A model generated the notes under the pieces. It did not search any database, was not told the DNA's origin, and saw only the letters and a program-made list of their open reading frames with translations. From assembly GCA_951406725.2 (NCBI GenBank), contig OX597816.1, positions 22,630,001-22,694,000 on the forward strand: DNA of 64,000 nt, given 5' to 3'. The position numbers and the translations under genes are program-made. This DNA comes from Octopus vulgaris (lineage: Eukaryota). Below, piece after piece: positions 25,232 to 38,271 of this stretch (position 1 is the stretch's first letter; every line of letters starts with the position of its first letter).

Positions 25232-25580
25232 GTAAATAACTCCTTCGATCATCAATGACCATGCGATTGTTCCTAGAAGGTTCCCCTTCGAGGCACAAGT
25301 CTGGGCAAGATTGTTTATGGAAGACCAGCAGTTGTCCATGAATACCAGCCCCTCTCCTTCCCACTCTCCACACTACAGTTGTTACCCAAGGGAAGGTTTA
25401 AAGTCCGATACATCTTGGCATCAGTGACGTCACAAATCATTTCTATAGCTGAGTGAACTGGAGTAACGTGAAATGAGGTGTCTAGCTCAAGAATGTAACA
25501 CACAACCCGGTCTGGGAATCGAACTCACTATCTCGTGATTATGAGTCCGACGCTCTAACCACTGAGCCATGTGACTTCAC
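25232..25580 (-). mobile_element. SINE family D, near full-length
   Basis: A box TGGCTCAGTGG, B box GAGTTCGATTCCC, CORE-like centre and a distinct 3' tail. Confidence 0.87.
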
Positions 25581-25599
25581 ACACACACAAACAATCTGG

Positions 25600-25812
25600 T
25601 AGGAGGCTGAGAGGTTTAAAGTTTCGGTAAAAATAATGTGCAGGAGGATCAGTTACTAATGATTCAATTCAGCTTATTCCTCTCTGATTAACACACTTAC
25701 TGCAGAGGTCCTTCACTTTCGCTAAGTTCTGTAAGAGAACTCGGAAGATATGGCCTCCATCCAGGCCTTTCGCGACACCCTCAAAGCCAGGAACTTTTAG
25801 GCACCCACTAGC
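25600..25812 (-). mobile_element. Mariner-derived MITE, copy 3 (diverged)
   Basis: AAAGCCAGGAACTTTTAGGCACCCACT end; interior is the reverse complement of copies 1 and 2. Confidence 0.65.
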
Positions 25813-27306
25813 ATGTGTATGCGGTGGGGGTGTCTGTCTGTACGTTTGTATGTCTGGTTGACTGTGTCTGCATGGCTGTGCCTGAGAGTGTGTCTGTGTG
25901 CCTGTCAATTGTGTGTATGGGTGTACGTTATTATGCGCGTATGTCCGATTTTATTTATCCCTGTGTTCATATGCATGGCATTTGCCGTCCGTTCTAGGTG
26001 GTTCAGTGATCTTCAGCTGGAATGTTCTACAAGGCAAAAGGCATTTTGCTGGAGATCAGTATGCTTCCATGAATGAATATTTTCGCTAACAATTCCGATT
26101 TATCTTTTTATTTTTATTTTCTCCTGTGAAAGGAAAGCCCGCCACAGTCTTGGGACTGTGATATTATTATTGGATTTGACTTCAAGTTTTGTCATATTCA
26201 CATTTAAATATTTCTGCTAGAAACAACATTTTGATATAACCAACAAATTCGTTAATCGCATCAGCTTTTTCTTGTCAAGATATAAGCTTAACATATCTTT
26301 TATAATATTGCATTTGACTTGTATTTAAGTATAGAAACAAATTGTTTATGACAACAAATATACCATTACATTTACGTATAGGATATATGCTAAGCAGACT
26401 ACCATCTAATTTTATTTCTGAACGGATTGTACAGTACATACTTAAATGTATTAAGTGCGGGAAATTCGATAGACAAAATATAGATAAGAAAAATATAACT
26501 GGACGATATTAGTTACGGACAGATCAAGATTATATAAGACTTGATGATGAACATATAAATTTTATCATGTCATCAGTTTGTTCATCAAATATAGCATTGA
26601 TCATATGTTTATCGATCGAGAATTCAAACAACATCCAGATAAAAGTAATTCAAATGTGTTAACCAAACAGTAAACTGCATAAGCAAGAAAACCACTGTTT
26701 AACAATCGTGCATCCATGTTGCAATCCAGAATGGCGTCTGTAAATAGTTTTATACGTCAGAACAAATAGACAAATAGACCCAACATATGATGTCACTAAT
26801 TTAATTAGTTCTGCTTCACGATATGCATTGTACACAATTTTCTCTATCACACACAGACACACCTCCTGAAATCTTAAATTTATATAGACTTTATATCTAA
26901 ATGCTTTAATTTTAAGACGCATTTTCCGCTGTTGATACCACTGTGGCTTAACACCGACGCATTTCTCAACGAATCAAAGATATCAAAGGAATGATACGAC
27001 AATTAGTGAGATATATGTTATCGATATAGAGTAATAACTTGTTTAATTCATTCTGGCATTTACGAAGCCTTGGTATAATTTAAAGAAACATTGACTGATA
27101 TGTTCCTTCAGTTATGTAGCGGTAAATTTGCTCTTTATTGACACATTCGCGGTTGCATAGCGGAAGTTCGCTCAACCGGGAAGCAACTAAATTAAACTGT
27201 TACAAGAGCCACTCGTTTTTCTATCTTCTTTAAATAAAACAGAAAGATATTGATGTAGAATCACCAGTTCTGAAATGTATTTTAAGCATCAATATTTAGA
27301 ATAATT

Positions 27307-27730
27307 GGATCTTTTCGGTTTGAACGGCAGTTTTTTCTAGCGGTGTCATATGAAATTGTCACCCATAATTATGACCCCAGTATCGATTTATTGCATTTCA
27401 ATCTGTTTTAGGGTTAGGGTTAGTTAGAATTAGGGTTAGGGGTGGGGGGAAGGGTATCTTTTTTTTCTTCACAAATGTAAATAAACCCAATCTGCTTCTT
27501 AAACTAGGGACATATTCATACGGCACAGAATGTTTTTTTACCTCAATCGACGTCAGTGATTGGTCGAAATTGTAGAAATTGAAAAAAAACAACAACAATT
27601 TATAGAATTTTCTCAATAAATCCAAGAGAAAAAGATGTTTTATAAACACTTTCTACCAGTATACGGAGTTTAAAATTTTTTAGTTACCTAGAAATTATGT
27701 TAAAAACTGCCGTTCAAACCGAAAAGATCC
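27307..27730. mobile_element. MITE with 28-bp-plus perfect TIRs and an 8-bp TSD (Merlin-like ends)
   Basis: GGATCTTTTCGGTTTGAACGGCAGTTTT / AAAACTGCCGTTCAAACCGAAAAGATCC; TSD GAATAATT at 27299-27306 and 27731-27738. GG termini with an 8-bp TSD fit Merlin, but the superfamily is inferred. Confidence 0.92.
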
Positions 27731-28397
27731 GAATAATTTCAAAAGATGGAAGATACAGAGGACGAAATTCAGCAATCGATTCGTTAAAGTACGAGAGATT
27801 ATTCATGAGAATATACAAAGACACGTGAAATAGTCCAAAAAATCACTGCATTAGTAGATAATGAATCACGTGTCTTTGATAATCATATAAAGTGTATTGC
27901 GGTCATGAAAATACCCATTTCGTATAATACAAACGAAGGCTTATTCAAAGCAATAGGCACAATTACAATAATTGCAAGGAACATTTTGACGCATAAAATG
28001 ATTTAAAAATAGAGAAAGAAGGTAAAAAAAATAATAATAATGCGGAGGAGAAATAACTCATTCATTCTCGTTTATATTGTCGAAAATAAAATCAAGAGAA
28101 ACACAATGCTTAGAACATTTATGGGCTTGAAAGAAAATTGTGCACATGAGAAGAAAAATGAGGAAGACCTCTTCATCGGGAGTAGGATCATGAATTATTT
28201 CGAAGAATTTATATAGACTCTGAACTACTAAAACTTCCCTGTTATTCAATGCATGCATGGCATATATTTGATTGATAACCAAGAAGTCATAAAATGCCCC
28301 AAGATTGAGAAACGCTGTTATAGGTTATGCCTAACCGAAAACGATCACAGCCACATCATCCAAACAGACCGGGTGAAATCGGGCTTACCTGCTAGTA

Positions 28398-28596
28398 TAC
28401 ATATATATGACGGGCTTCTTTCAGTTTCTGCCTACCACATCCGCTCACAAGGCTTAGGTCGGCCTGAGGCTATAGTAGAAGACTTGCCCAACGTGCCACG
28501 CAGTGGGACTGAACTCGAAACCATGTGGTTGGTAAGCAACCTACTTACACAGCCATGTGGTTGGTAAGCAGCCTACACACAGCCACTCCTGGGCCT
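28398..28596 (-). mobile_element. SINE family B 5' half with a short internal duplication
   Basis: CCATGTGGTTGGTAAGCA.CCTAC..ACACAGCCA occurs twice. Confidence 0.85.
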
Positions 28597-28878
28597 AGAA
28601 ATATATTCAAAAATTTATTCCGTTTCGTACCGTGTAAATTCTAAAAATATCAATGCTTGGACTCAACAAATGGTATTATTACACTTGTCCGATCAAATGA
28701 AATACCTATTCGCTTTATTACCGTACAGGTACTTAAGTTGTTCACGAACATGTATGAACATAGCATTATCTTCGAGCAGAATCAGAATTTCAGCCTCTTC
28801 CATGACTTAAGCCGAGTATAGCATAGTAGAAGAAACTCACCTAAGAGCCCACTCAGTGGTAGCGAACGTGGGACCTAA

Positions 28879-29783
28879 TATATAAGTATATGAATACAAT
28901 AAATGAATGACTGTACACGAGGAAGGGGTATTTATTTCATTGAAACAAACTTTTCATGGAATTTCAACCGTGTTTCGTGGTCTGCTACCACAACAGCTCC
29001 TTTATACGATCAAGTTAGCTCAAGACATCATCAGGGGGAACCACGTCCGGTTTCGGCCCCTATTCCTCTACTGTTTTGACGTGCCCCCCCCCGCTTTCGG
29101 AGGTGTCTTCAGCTCTGGTGTTGGGTGCATGTCTTCTTTCTCCTTCTTTCTTCTGTTCCCTGGCCTCTTCGATGTAGCGTCAACGAGTGTCAGCGGGCGA
29201 CTGACTGCCTTGTCAATTGTTTGCCCTTTAAATACCTGCTGCTAGGCTCCTGCAGGCAGCCCCAGCAAGTTGTCACGTGACACTGTCTCAACTTTGACTG
29301 ACCAATGAAGGCGCGTAGTCTTAGCCCACGCATTCTCTAAACGAGACCGTCGCCTGTCAATTAGCGAAGCTAAATGTATTTACAACTATTGTATCTCAGA
29401 GCGAGTTATAAACAGTAGCTGCAACACATCGAGAAGTATATTTGCCATTTAAATATGGCTAACCCCTAAGGGTGGATGCTACTGTAGCTTGTAGCCCCAG
29501 GAGGACACCTCCTCCAGCTGGCTGTTGACACACTTTCTGTGCCCTATCACTTCTTATCGATAACTGTGATTGTCACACGCTGATGACGGGTCAATACCCA
29601 GAAACTCGAGTCCGTGTGTATCATAGGTTGAGGACGGAAGGATGGCTTCCTTTTGCAAATACTGATAGGGCACAGAAAGTGTGTCAATAGCCAGCTGGAT
29701 AAGGTGTCCCCCTGGGGCTACAAGCTACAGTAGCATCCACCCTTATGGGTTAGCCATATTTAAATGGCAAATATACTTCACGA
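28879..29783. mobile_element. Putative non-autonomous Penelope-like element or retrozyme-like unit with an inverted terminal duplication
   Basis: GC-richer block with 121-bp inverted arms (29429-29549 and 29663-29783) enclosing a hammerhead motif. No RT/GIY-YIG ORF seen; the left boundary is approximate. Confidence 0.55.
29574..29618 (+). ncRNA. Minimal type I hammerhead ribozyme
   Basis: cacacg-CTGATGA-c-gggt[caat]accc-a-GAAA-ctcgag-TC-cgtgtg: 6-bp stem I, intact core, 4-bp stem II, palindromic stem III and a GUC cleavage triplet. Confidence 0.85.
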
Positions 29784-30430
29784 ACTATTAACATAGTTTC
29801 ACGAATATAGCCAATACACAATCATTTTAATGCTCCTAGTTCATTAATATCACTATATTACGTGATATAACTCAGATGAAATATATAAATACATAAATAC
29901 ATAAATACATAAATACATAATTATGTGATATAACGTAGAAGAACGAAAGAAATGATTGATATTTGCCTTGAACTGCACTGATATAACGTTTCCTCGCACC
30001 AAATGCATATTGAATTAAAAATAATATTAATAAATGCTGATTTTCAAGTTACATAAAATATCACTTTAAAATGTCATAGATTACCTCAAGACAAAATGCT
30101 TTCGAAAATTATTGCAGATAAGGAAATAATATATTTCATTTCGAAGCAAAGTTTTCTCATGTGTTTTGTGGTAGGTTTTGTTTTTGTTTTTGTTTATGTC
30201 CATCCGCTTCTTGTAATTGTATATTAAATTATCTATCTACCTAGTTAGTTTTCTATCTATTTATCTATAGGCCTACCTAATTATCTCCATGCTTACCTGC
30301 CTAACTGTATATCTACCTGACACACTCAATCAACACACTCTTTTGCCTATTTACAACCACTCTTTTACCTATCTACAACTGTTTATTTGTCTGTCCATCT
30401 AACAATTCACTTACCTATATATCTACTCAC

Positions 30431-30931
30431 GTAGGAGTAGCTCTGTGGTAAGTAGCCTGCTTACCAACCACAAGGTTCCGGGTTCAGTCCCACTGCGTGG
30501 CACCTTGGGCAAGTGTCTTCTACGTTAGCCTCGGGCCGACCTAAGCCTTGTGAGTGGATTTCGTAGACGGAAAATGAGAGAAGCCCGTCGTATATATGTA
30601 TATACATATATATGTATTTGTGTGTATATGTCTGTGTGTCTGTGTTTGTCCCGCCCCCCACATCACTTGACAACCGATGCTGGTCTGTTTACGTCACCGT
30701 AACGATAGCCTCGGGCCGACCTAAGCCTTGTGAGTGGATTTGGTAGACGGAAAATGAGAGAAGCCCGTCGTATATATGTATATATATATATATATGTATT
30801 TGTGTGTATATGTCTGTGTGTCTGTGTTTGTCCCGCCCCCCAACATCACTTCACAACCGATGCTGGTGTGTTTACGTCACCGTAACATAGCGGTTCGGCA
30901 AATGAATGAAACAAGTAAAAAGTAAAAGAGT
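30431..30931 (+). mobile_element. SINE family B with a ~180-bp internal tandem duplication
   Basis: TAGCCTCGGGCCGACCTAAGCC...CGTCACCGTAAC occurs at ~30526 and ~30707. Confidence 0.9.
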
Positions 30932-31305
30932 ATATCTCTATTTCTTCATCGCTTTAATTATTAATTTACCAATCTCGATATGTACGACCTTACAATCTGT
31001 ATAGTGCGTGTGTTGCCAATAAATAAATATATCGATCTTCCTGTCTCCATATTTTACACAAATACGTGTGTATCTTCGATGATGGGTATTTACAGTTAGG
31101 AGTTCGGTGAAGTCTACTCATTGAAAACTACTCAATACATTTTATGATGCAGTCTTGATATATCTATCCCCAGTTAACCCTATTATCTTCTCATCCGCTT
31201 CGATCACTCGAATGATGTTGCAACAATCATTCATTATTCAGTTAATCTTTCAGGAACCATAACTCTGTAAATACTTAATATATTCCTATACACACATACA
31301 TACAT

Positions 31306-31388
<83 letters not shown>

Positions 31389-31409
31389 TATAAATATAAA
31401 ATCAATAAA

Positions 31410-31722
<313 letters not shown>

Positions 31723-32124
31723 ATGTTTTTTAAGGGCGTGAGAGGATGCCGAAACAAATGACATGGAATAACAGCAAATTGTATGAGACAAAAATGTTTC
31801 TGAAATAGTTGGTTTGTTTACCGGAACATGTTCTCACTAAAATAGCAGGAGCCGCAGAAAACGGATATTGTTTATCACGCAAGCGATATGTACTGCGGAT
31901 TCGTTTACGGAAATTAGTTGATATAGGTAAGGTTTGAAAAAGTTACACTGAGGTACTCGCTATAGTATAAAGATCAGTCAAATCAAAAATCAACCGATAT
32001 GTTAGATTTAAATTTCCTGTTACTATAGACTTTGATAAAATTAGAATTTAAATGCATGCTGCTGTTTCGTTGAAATAATTTACATTTGTGAAAGAAATGA
32101 CTGTAAAATGCAATGAGTGATATT

Positions 32125-32336
32125 CTTTTCTACTCTAGGCACAAGGCCCAAAATTTTGGGGTAGGAGCCAGTCGATTAGATCGACTTTAGTACGCAACTA
32201 GTATTTAATTTATCGACCTCGAAAGGATGAAAGGCAAAGTTGACCTCGGCGGAATTTGAAATCAGAACGTTGCAGCAGACGAAATGCCGCTAAGCATTTC
32301 GCCCGGTGTTCTAACGTTTCTGCCAGCTAGCCGCCT
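32125..32336 (-). mobile_element. SINE family A, alternative-tail subfamily, 16-bp TSD
   Basis: TSD TGCAATGAGTGATATT at 32109-32124 and 32339-32354; tail GGGCCTTGTGCCTAGAGTAGAAAAG. Confidence 0.9.
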
Positions 32337-32510
32337 TCTGCAATGAGTGATATTTCGTTAACAAGTGTGGCTACACAAATACTTTAAATGTTTCATTATA
32401 CGAAATTACGAGAGCCTGTTCTATATGTGATTAGTTAATCCATACAGTAATTTATTTAACGTTGCAACGTATGTTTAATTATACTTTAATAATGGATTGA
32501 TATACAATTT

Positions 32511-32780
32511 GTGAAGGTGTGTGGTTTAATTTTAGGAGTGATTCACCTATGCCCTTGCTATCGTGGTTTCGAATCCCAGATAATCGATGCGTTGTGTTCC
32601 TTTAACAAAGTTATCTGTTCCACATTGTTCTAATCCACTTAGCTATAGATGGGTAAAATACAACGGACTAGCGTCACGTTCACTGTGGATTTGTACTTGC
32701 CCACCGAGCTTGGCATAACTTGAACGATACATGAATGCGAGGGAATGCACTGTGACCAACGATGTTACAATATACGATTA
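32511..32780 (+). mobile_element. SINE family D, old
   Basis: GTGAAGGTGTGTGG head, GGTTTCGAATCCC and diverged CORE-like centre. Confidence 0.6.
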
Positions 32781-33425
32781 TCTGATCGATGCAGTGACAT
32801 GAAATTTAGATCTCAATTTTTCTAGTTATGAGATAATGCACATTAACCAATTTCTCGATGGTAGATATTTTTTACTGGCTGTAAAGAAATTTAACATAAA
32901 GACAGCGATTTCTTGCAAATCGCTTCGAAACATGCTAGAATTTGGTATTTACAATACTTTGAAGAACATGGTTATTTTTTCTGTGTAACCAATGATATAA
33001 ATTAAAATTGGGAAGGACAGCAATTATATCATTGGAAAGCTTACTAGAAATTCCATTACATTTCCTCTCCTTCGAAGCGGAGTATTGTAAAAATCATTAA
33101 AAACACATTATTTCTTTTTTATGAGCTTCCTCATGTGGGCTATATCTTGGGAAGGGAAGCAATTATCATATATTTGCTAACGTAGGGATAGGATCAACAA
33201 GGGATTTAGTTAATTGCAAAGAATATCTCCATACAGCACAGGTTATATCAGCATATGTAAAAGATAGGTAGGAAATTAAGGAGTTGAGAATCTAAATTAA
33301 TGAGCCAATAAGGGGGATATAAAAAAATGGATTTTGTGACGGAGGAACGCATTTGAAAAACATGTTATGTTCAGTAAATAAGGGTGCATTTTTCCATGAA
33401 AGTACACTAGTTCCATAATAAACCA

Positions 33426-33659
33426 TTTCTTATTTCTTTTCTACCCACGAGGGGCTAAACATAGAGGGGACAAACAAGGACAGACAAATGGATTAAGTCG
33501 ATTATATCGACCCCAGTGCGTAACTGGTACTTAATTTATCGACCTCGAAAGAATGAAAGGCAAAGTCGACCTCGGCGGAATTTGAACCCAGAAAGAAAAG
33601 ACAGACGAAATACGGCTACGCATTTCGCCCGGCGTGCTAACGTTTCTGCCAGCTCGCCA
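33426..33659 (-). mobile_element. SINE family A, TSD ATAATAAACCA
   Basis: Family match with an 11-bp direct repeat on both sides. Confidence 0.9.
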
Positions 33660-33729
33660 ACTATAATAAACCAGTTCTGTACTAAGACAATCTTGTAATA
33701 AACTAACTGATCACTTATAAAATATTGCT

Positions 33730-34770
33730 TTTAATTATGGCAAACTGTCAGTAACTTAAGGGCAAAGTGTGACTCAACTCCAATATTTGTCTGGTACATT
33801 ATTTTATCGACCGCTAAAGCATAACAGGCGAAGTTGATATCGGCGTAATTTGAACCGACTTCATAAAGAGCCGGAGAAAATGCTGGTAAACTTTTCTTCG
33901 ACGCACTATCAATTATACCAATTTGCCTTTCATCCTTTCGGGGTCGATAAATTAAGTACCAGTTACGCACTGGGGTCGATGTAATCGACTTAATACCTAT
34001 GGCTGTCATTGTTTGTCCTCTCTATGTTTAGCCCCTTGTGGGTAATAAAGAAATAGGTATTTCGTATGTCTATACGTTCTGAGTTCAAATTCCGCCGAGA
34101 TCGACTTTGCTTTTCATCTTTTTCGGAGTCGATAAATTAAGTACCAGTTACGCACTGGGGTGGATATAATCGACTTAATCCGTTTGTGTGTCCTTGTTTG
34201 TCCTCTCTGTGTTTAACCCTTTAACCCTTTGTGGGTAGTAAAGAAATAGGTATTTCGTCTGTCTATACGCTCCGAGTTCAAATTCCGCTGAGATAGACTT
34301 GCCTTTCATCCTTTCTGGGTCGATTAAATAAGTACCAGTCACGCACTGGGGTCAATATAATCGACTTAATCCGTTTTTCTGTCCTCGTATGTCCTCTCTG
34401 TGTTTAGACCTTTGTGGGTTGGGCGCATGTTATGTAAAGGCGGTGCTCCAGAATGGCCGCAGTCAAATGACTGAAACAAGTAAAAGAGTAAAAGAGTAAT
34501 AATATGCCGAGTTGATAAAGTATATTTGTAAACGTGTCAGTTGTGTGGCTCTTATATGAATATCACTTATACCATTAAGACGGCTAGCTGGCCGACTCGT
34601 TAGCATGCTGGGCATTTCGTACGTGTTTACGTTCTGAGTTCAAATTGCACTGCGGTTGACTTAGCCTTTTATCCTTTCGTGTTCGATAAAAGAATTACCA
34701 GTTGAGCAATGGAGTCCTTGTAATCACCTTCCCCCAAAATTGCTGGCTTGATGCCAAAATCTGATACCAA
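33730..34770. mobile_element. SINE cluster: old A (-, 33730-33915), A trimer (+, 33922-34420), B tail (34437-34498), old A (+, 34580-34770)
   Basis: Family matches; junction AAAGAAATAGG-TATTTCGT occurs twice. Confidence 0.85.
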
Positions 34771-35240
34771 TATTAAATATACCATTAACTACCAGTTAAG
34801 CACTGGAGTCAATGTAATCGACTAACTCACACCTCAAATTACGGGCCTTGTGCCAACATTAAAACTAATATTAATTATAACACTAGTAAAAAAGAGATGA
34901 GTGCTATTACTGTTATTATCAAGATGTCGCTATAATCGTACTTAGGACGATCGCTTAACTATTACAGAAATACGAGATAAATGTATGATGCAGCCGGATG
35001 TTGGATACATCTGAAAATTATATGCCTCTACGAAGGAAGAACCATATACAAAGCTGAAACGTTGTGAAGTATTGGAAGATAGTCAATATGAGCAAACAGA
35101 GCAGACATTTTTCATAGATGAAAACAGATCAGTCAACAATTTCCGTAATGAAATTATTCAACGAGAGGGCGCAATGCCAAGAAACACTTGTATGCTGAAG
35201 AATTAAGTTAACTTATGATAACGTACTGTGCTTAAGAAAG

Positions 35241-35278
<38 letters not shown>

Positions 35279-35366
35279 CTATGCACACACACACACACGC
35301 ACACACACACATATATATATATGTGCATATATATGAACATATGTATACATAGACTTATATAGAGAC

Positions 35367-35419
<53 letters not shown>

Positions 35420-35481
35420 CGGGCATACATTAATAAACAACATATGTATAAACATGTATATACATATGTATGTAAATATAA

Positions 35482-35525
<44 letters not shown>

Positions 35526-35527
<2 letters not shown>

Positions 35528-35760
35528 CGACGTGCGTTCAAAAGGCATCCGGTTTTATTTTCCCGCCAAAATTAATGTTGCATGGACAAAATCCTTTGGT
35601 TTGGAGGTCACGTGATACCTTCCTACCTGCACATGCACGAACATTTTCGCACCGGTAGGCCACGTCAATCTCCGGTTGTTACGCCGGGTGAACATACGTG
35701 TAAGATTGAGCATCTGCGATAGTCAGGCATAAAGTTTCTTCCTGTCATCGGAACATTGGT
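35526..35760 (+). mobile_element. Mariner-like terminal fragment
   Basis: Begins TACGACGTGCGTTCAAAAG directly after (TA)n; no clear partner TIR. Confidence 0.45.
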
Positions 35761-35830
35761 TCCAATACCACCCAACATTAAAGAAGCATTTAGAAACTTT
35801 ACAAATATCCTATAGTGTGTTATAGAAACC

Positions 35831-36061
35831 TATTTCTTTATTACCCACAAGGGGCTAAACATAGAGGGGACAAACAAGGACAGACATAGGTATTATGTCG
35901 ATTACATTGACCCCAGTGCGTAACTGGTACTTAATTTATCGACCCCGAAAGGATGAAAGGCAAAGTCGACCTCGGCGGAATTTGAACTCACAACGTAACG
36001 GCAGACGAAGTACCGCAAATCATTTCGCCCGGTGTCCTAACGCTTCTGCTAGCTCACCGCC
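35831..36061 (-). mobile_element. SINE family A, TSD TTATAGAAACC
   Basis: Family match with an 11-bp direct repeat. Confidence 0.9.
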
Positions 36062-36206
36062 TTATAGAAACCGGCTTTACTTGGACATGCACGCCTACTG
36101 CGTGAATTTCCATCTGAAGTCCTTGTTGTGACTTGACAGACAATACAAATCCCCGGTACATACGAGAAGGTACCCCAAAGAAACCGGAATTTGACAATGC
36201 ATCAGT

Positions 36207-36396
36207 CGCTGCCCTAACCACTGGGCCATTGCGCCTCCACGTTACACTCTGTGTCACACTGAATCTCCCCGAGAACTACAGTAAGGGTACATATGTCTCT
36301 GGAGTGCTCAGCCACTTGTACGTTAATATCACGAGCAGGCTGTTTCGTTGGTCGGATCAACTAGAACCCTCGTCGTCGCAACCGACGGAGTGCCAC
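36207..36396 (+). mobile_element. SINE family C with an inverted head fragment
   Basis: 36207-36240 is the reverse complement of the head; 36241-36396 is the 3' body in + orientation. Confidence 0.8.
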
Positions 36397-36594
36397 GATT
36401 TATCATTATATTACTTCGTTTTTTTTTTATTCTTTCAATGTATTTCCAGTTTCTTTTTATATTTTCTGTATTGTTGTCTTTTTTTTCAATTTTTTCTTTT
36501 ATATCTTATTTTATATAAAGATGTTGTGGAATATATTGTGTTTTGTGCTTTTGACGCTTCAAAGATATTTGAGATGATTTTACCGAGAATCAAT

Positions 36595-36800
36595 CTTACT
36601 TTACTCTTACTCTTACTCTTTTACTTTTTTACTTGTTTCAGTTATTTTGAATGTGGCCATGCTGGAGCACCGCCTTTAGTCAATCAAATTGACCCCCAGG
36701 ACTTATTCTTTGTAAGCCTAGTATTTATTCTATCGGTACCTTTTGCCGAACCAGCATCGGTTGTCAATCGATGTTGGGGAACAAACAGAGACACACATAC

Positions 36801-36845
<45 letters not shown>

Positions 36846-37011
36846 TACGACAGGTTTCTTTCATTTTCCGTCTACCAAATCCACTCACAAGGCTTTGGTC
36901 GGCCCGAGGCTATAGTAGACGACACTTGCCCCAGGTGCCACGCAGTGGGACTGAACCCGGAACCATGTGGTTGGTAAGCAAGCTACTTACCACACAGCTA
37001 CTCCTACGCCT
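36595..37011 (-). mobile_element. SINE family B, full-length
   Basis: Head, internal (TA)n and repeat tail all present. Confidence 0.92.
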
Positions 37012-37925
37012 TTAGTCAACTATTTATATGTTTCTGCCGACTTCATACTGTATTTATTTATTCATTCAGTCGTTGAGATATCTTTTTATTAACATTTGTT
37101 ATAGCTAACTGCTGAAATGTTTCTAACAAACCGTTTCTAACAAACGGTAATGTATTGAAATTGCTCAGTCCCTGGAGGGATTGTATATTTTTTCTCATTC
37201 AGATAAATATGGAAGTTGTGTATTTACATGTTAGACAAAGCGTTGCTTGAAAAATACCTACGTAGCCAACGAATTATTGCTGATGCATGACATTTTAGTT
37301 ACGTTGTGTTCTGTAACAGTTTATAAATTCATGTTCGTATTGGTAAGATTATTTGTGTAAACTCACCTTCTAAATGTCAATATTTTTTACGTGTTAACTT
37401 CATTGATAAGAAGAAAGAAAAGCATGACGAGTGACTATTTTTTTTTTTATTTACTTTCTCATATATACATGTAATCCATTGAAATCCGTTCATTCGACTG
37501 TCTCCTGTACTTACACAAATGATGTTAGTACAAACTTTCTATGAAAAAAAAAAAACATCAATACCTACATGGATTTTCTTTCGTGACGTAAAGAAACAAC
37601 TTTCAACATGTCGGCCATAGATATCGTTATCGGTTTCCGGTTCAAGGAATTTTTCGAAAATTTATTTCGTTAATATAAATCGGATAAATTCCATTCATAT
37701 TGTGTGGAAAACTGTTTAAATTTATCTCGATATGAATCAAAACAAATTTCTAATTTTTTTTTTTGCTTTTTCGCTTCTATACATTTTGGTTTTAAATTCG
37801 CTCAATGTATTTTACGGTTAATACTGCTTCTTATAACATCAAAATACATACACTTATTTTCCTGTACCCTGTACGTCACCTTATATACATACATACATAC
37901 ATACATACATACATACATACATACA

Positions 37926-37956
<31 letters not shown>

Positions 37957-38164
37957 GTGTAGGGGTGTATGGATCCTGTATAAGTTTTGTAGATGTAATC
38001 GCATTTTTTATGTGTGCTTGTATATAGGTAAATATGGTTAAGTACAGAAGAAGGACTTTATGGATCTATGGATAGATATGCTCTTGAACATTTCAATTCT
38101 GTGAAGAGATTAAAATTATAACGTAGGCGGGGAAACGGCTTTATGTGAAATTTCAATTTGCAAA

Positions 38165-38233
38165 ATACGTCATATATATGTATATATGTTTGTGAGTGAG
38201 TATGTGGGTGTATTTACGTGTGTGCGTGTGTAT

Positions 38234-38271
<38 letters not shown>

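Noticed and set aside
27407-27454. True telomere or chromosome fusion site
   Set aside because: Only a few TTAGGG units, lying inside a TIR/TSD-bounded MITE.
33060-33400. Possible Tc1-like transposase remnant (similarly a helicase-like hint at 23340-23780)
   Set aside because: Only a few residues of resemblance; too weak to call without a translated search.
36133-36915. 260-aa ORF
   Set aside because: Runs through SINE-C, T-rich filler and SINE-B; chance read-through.
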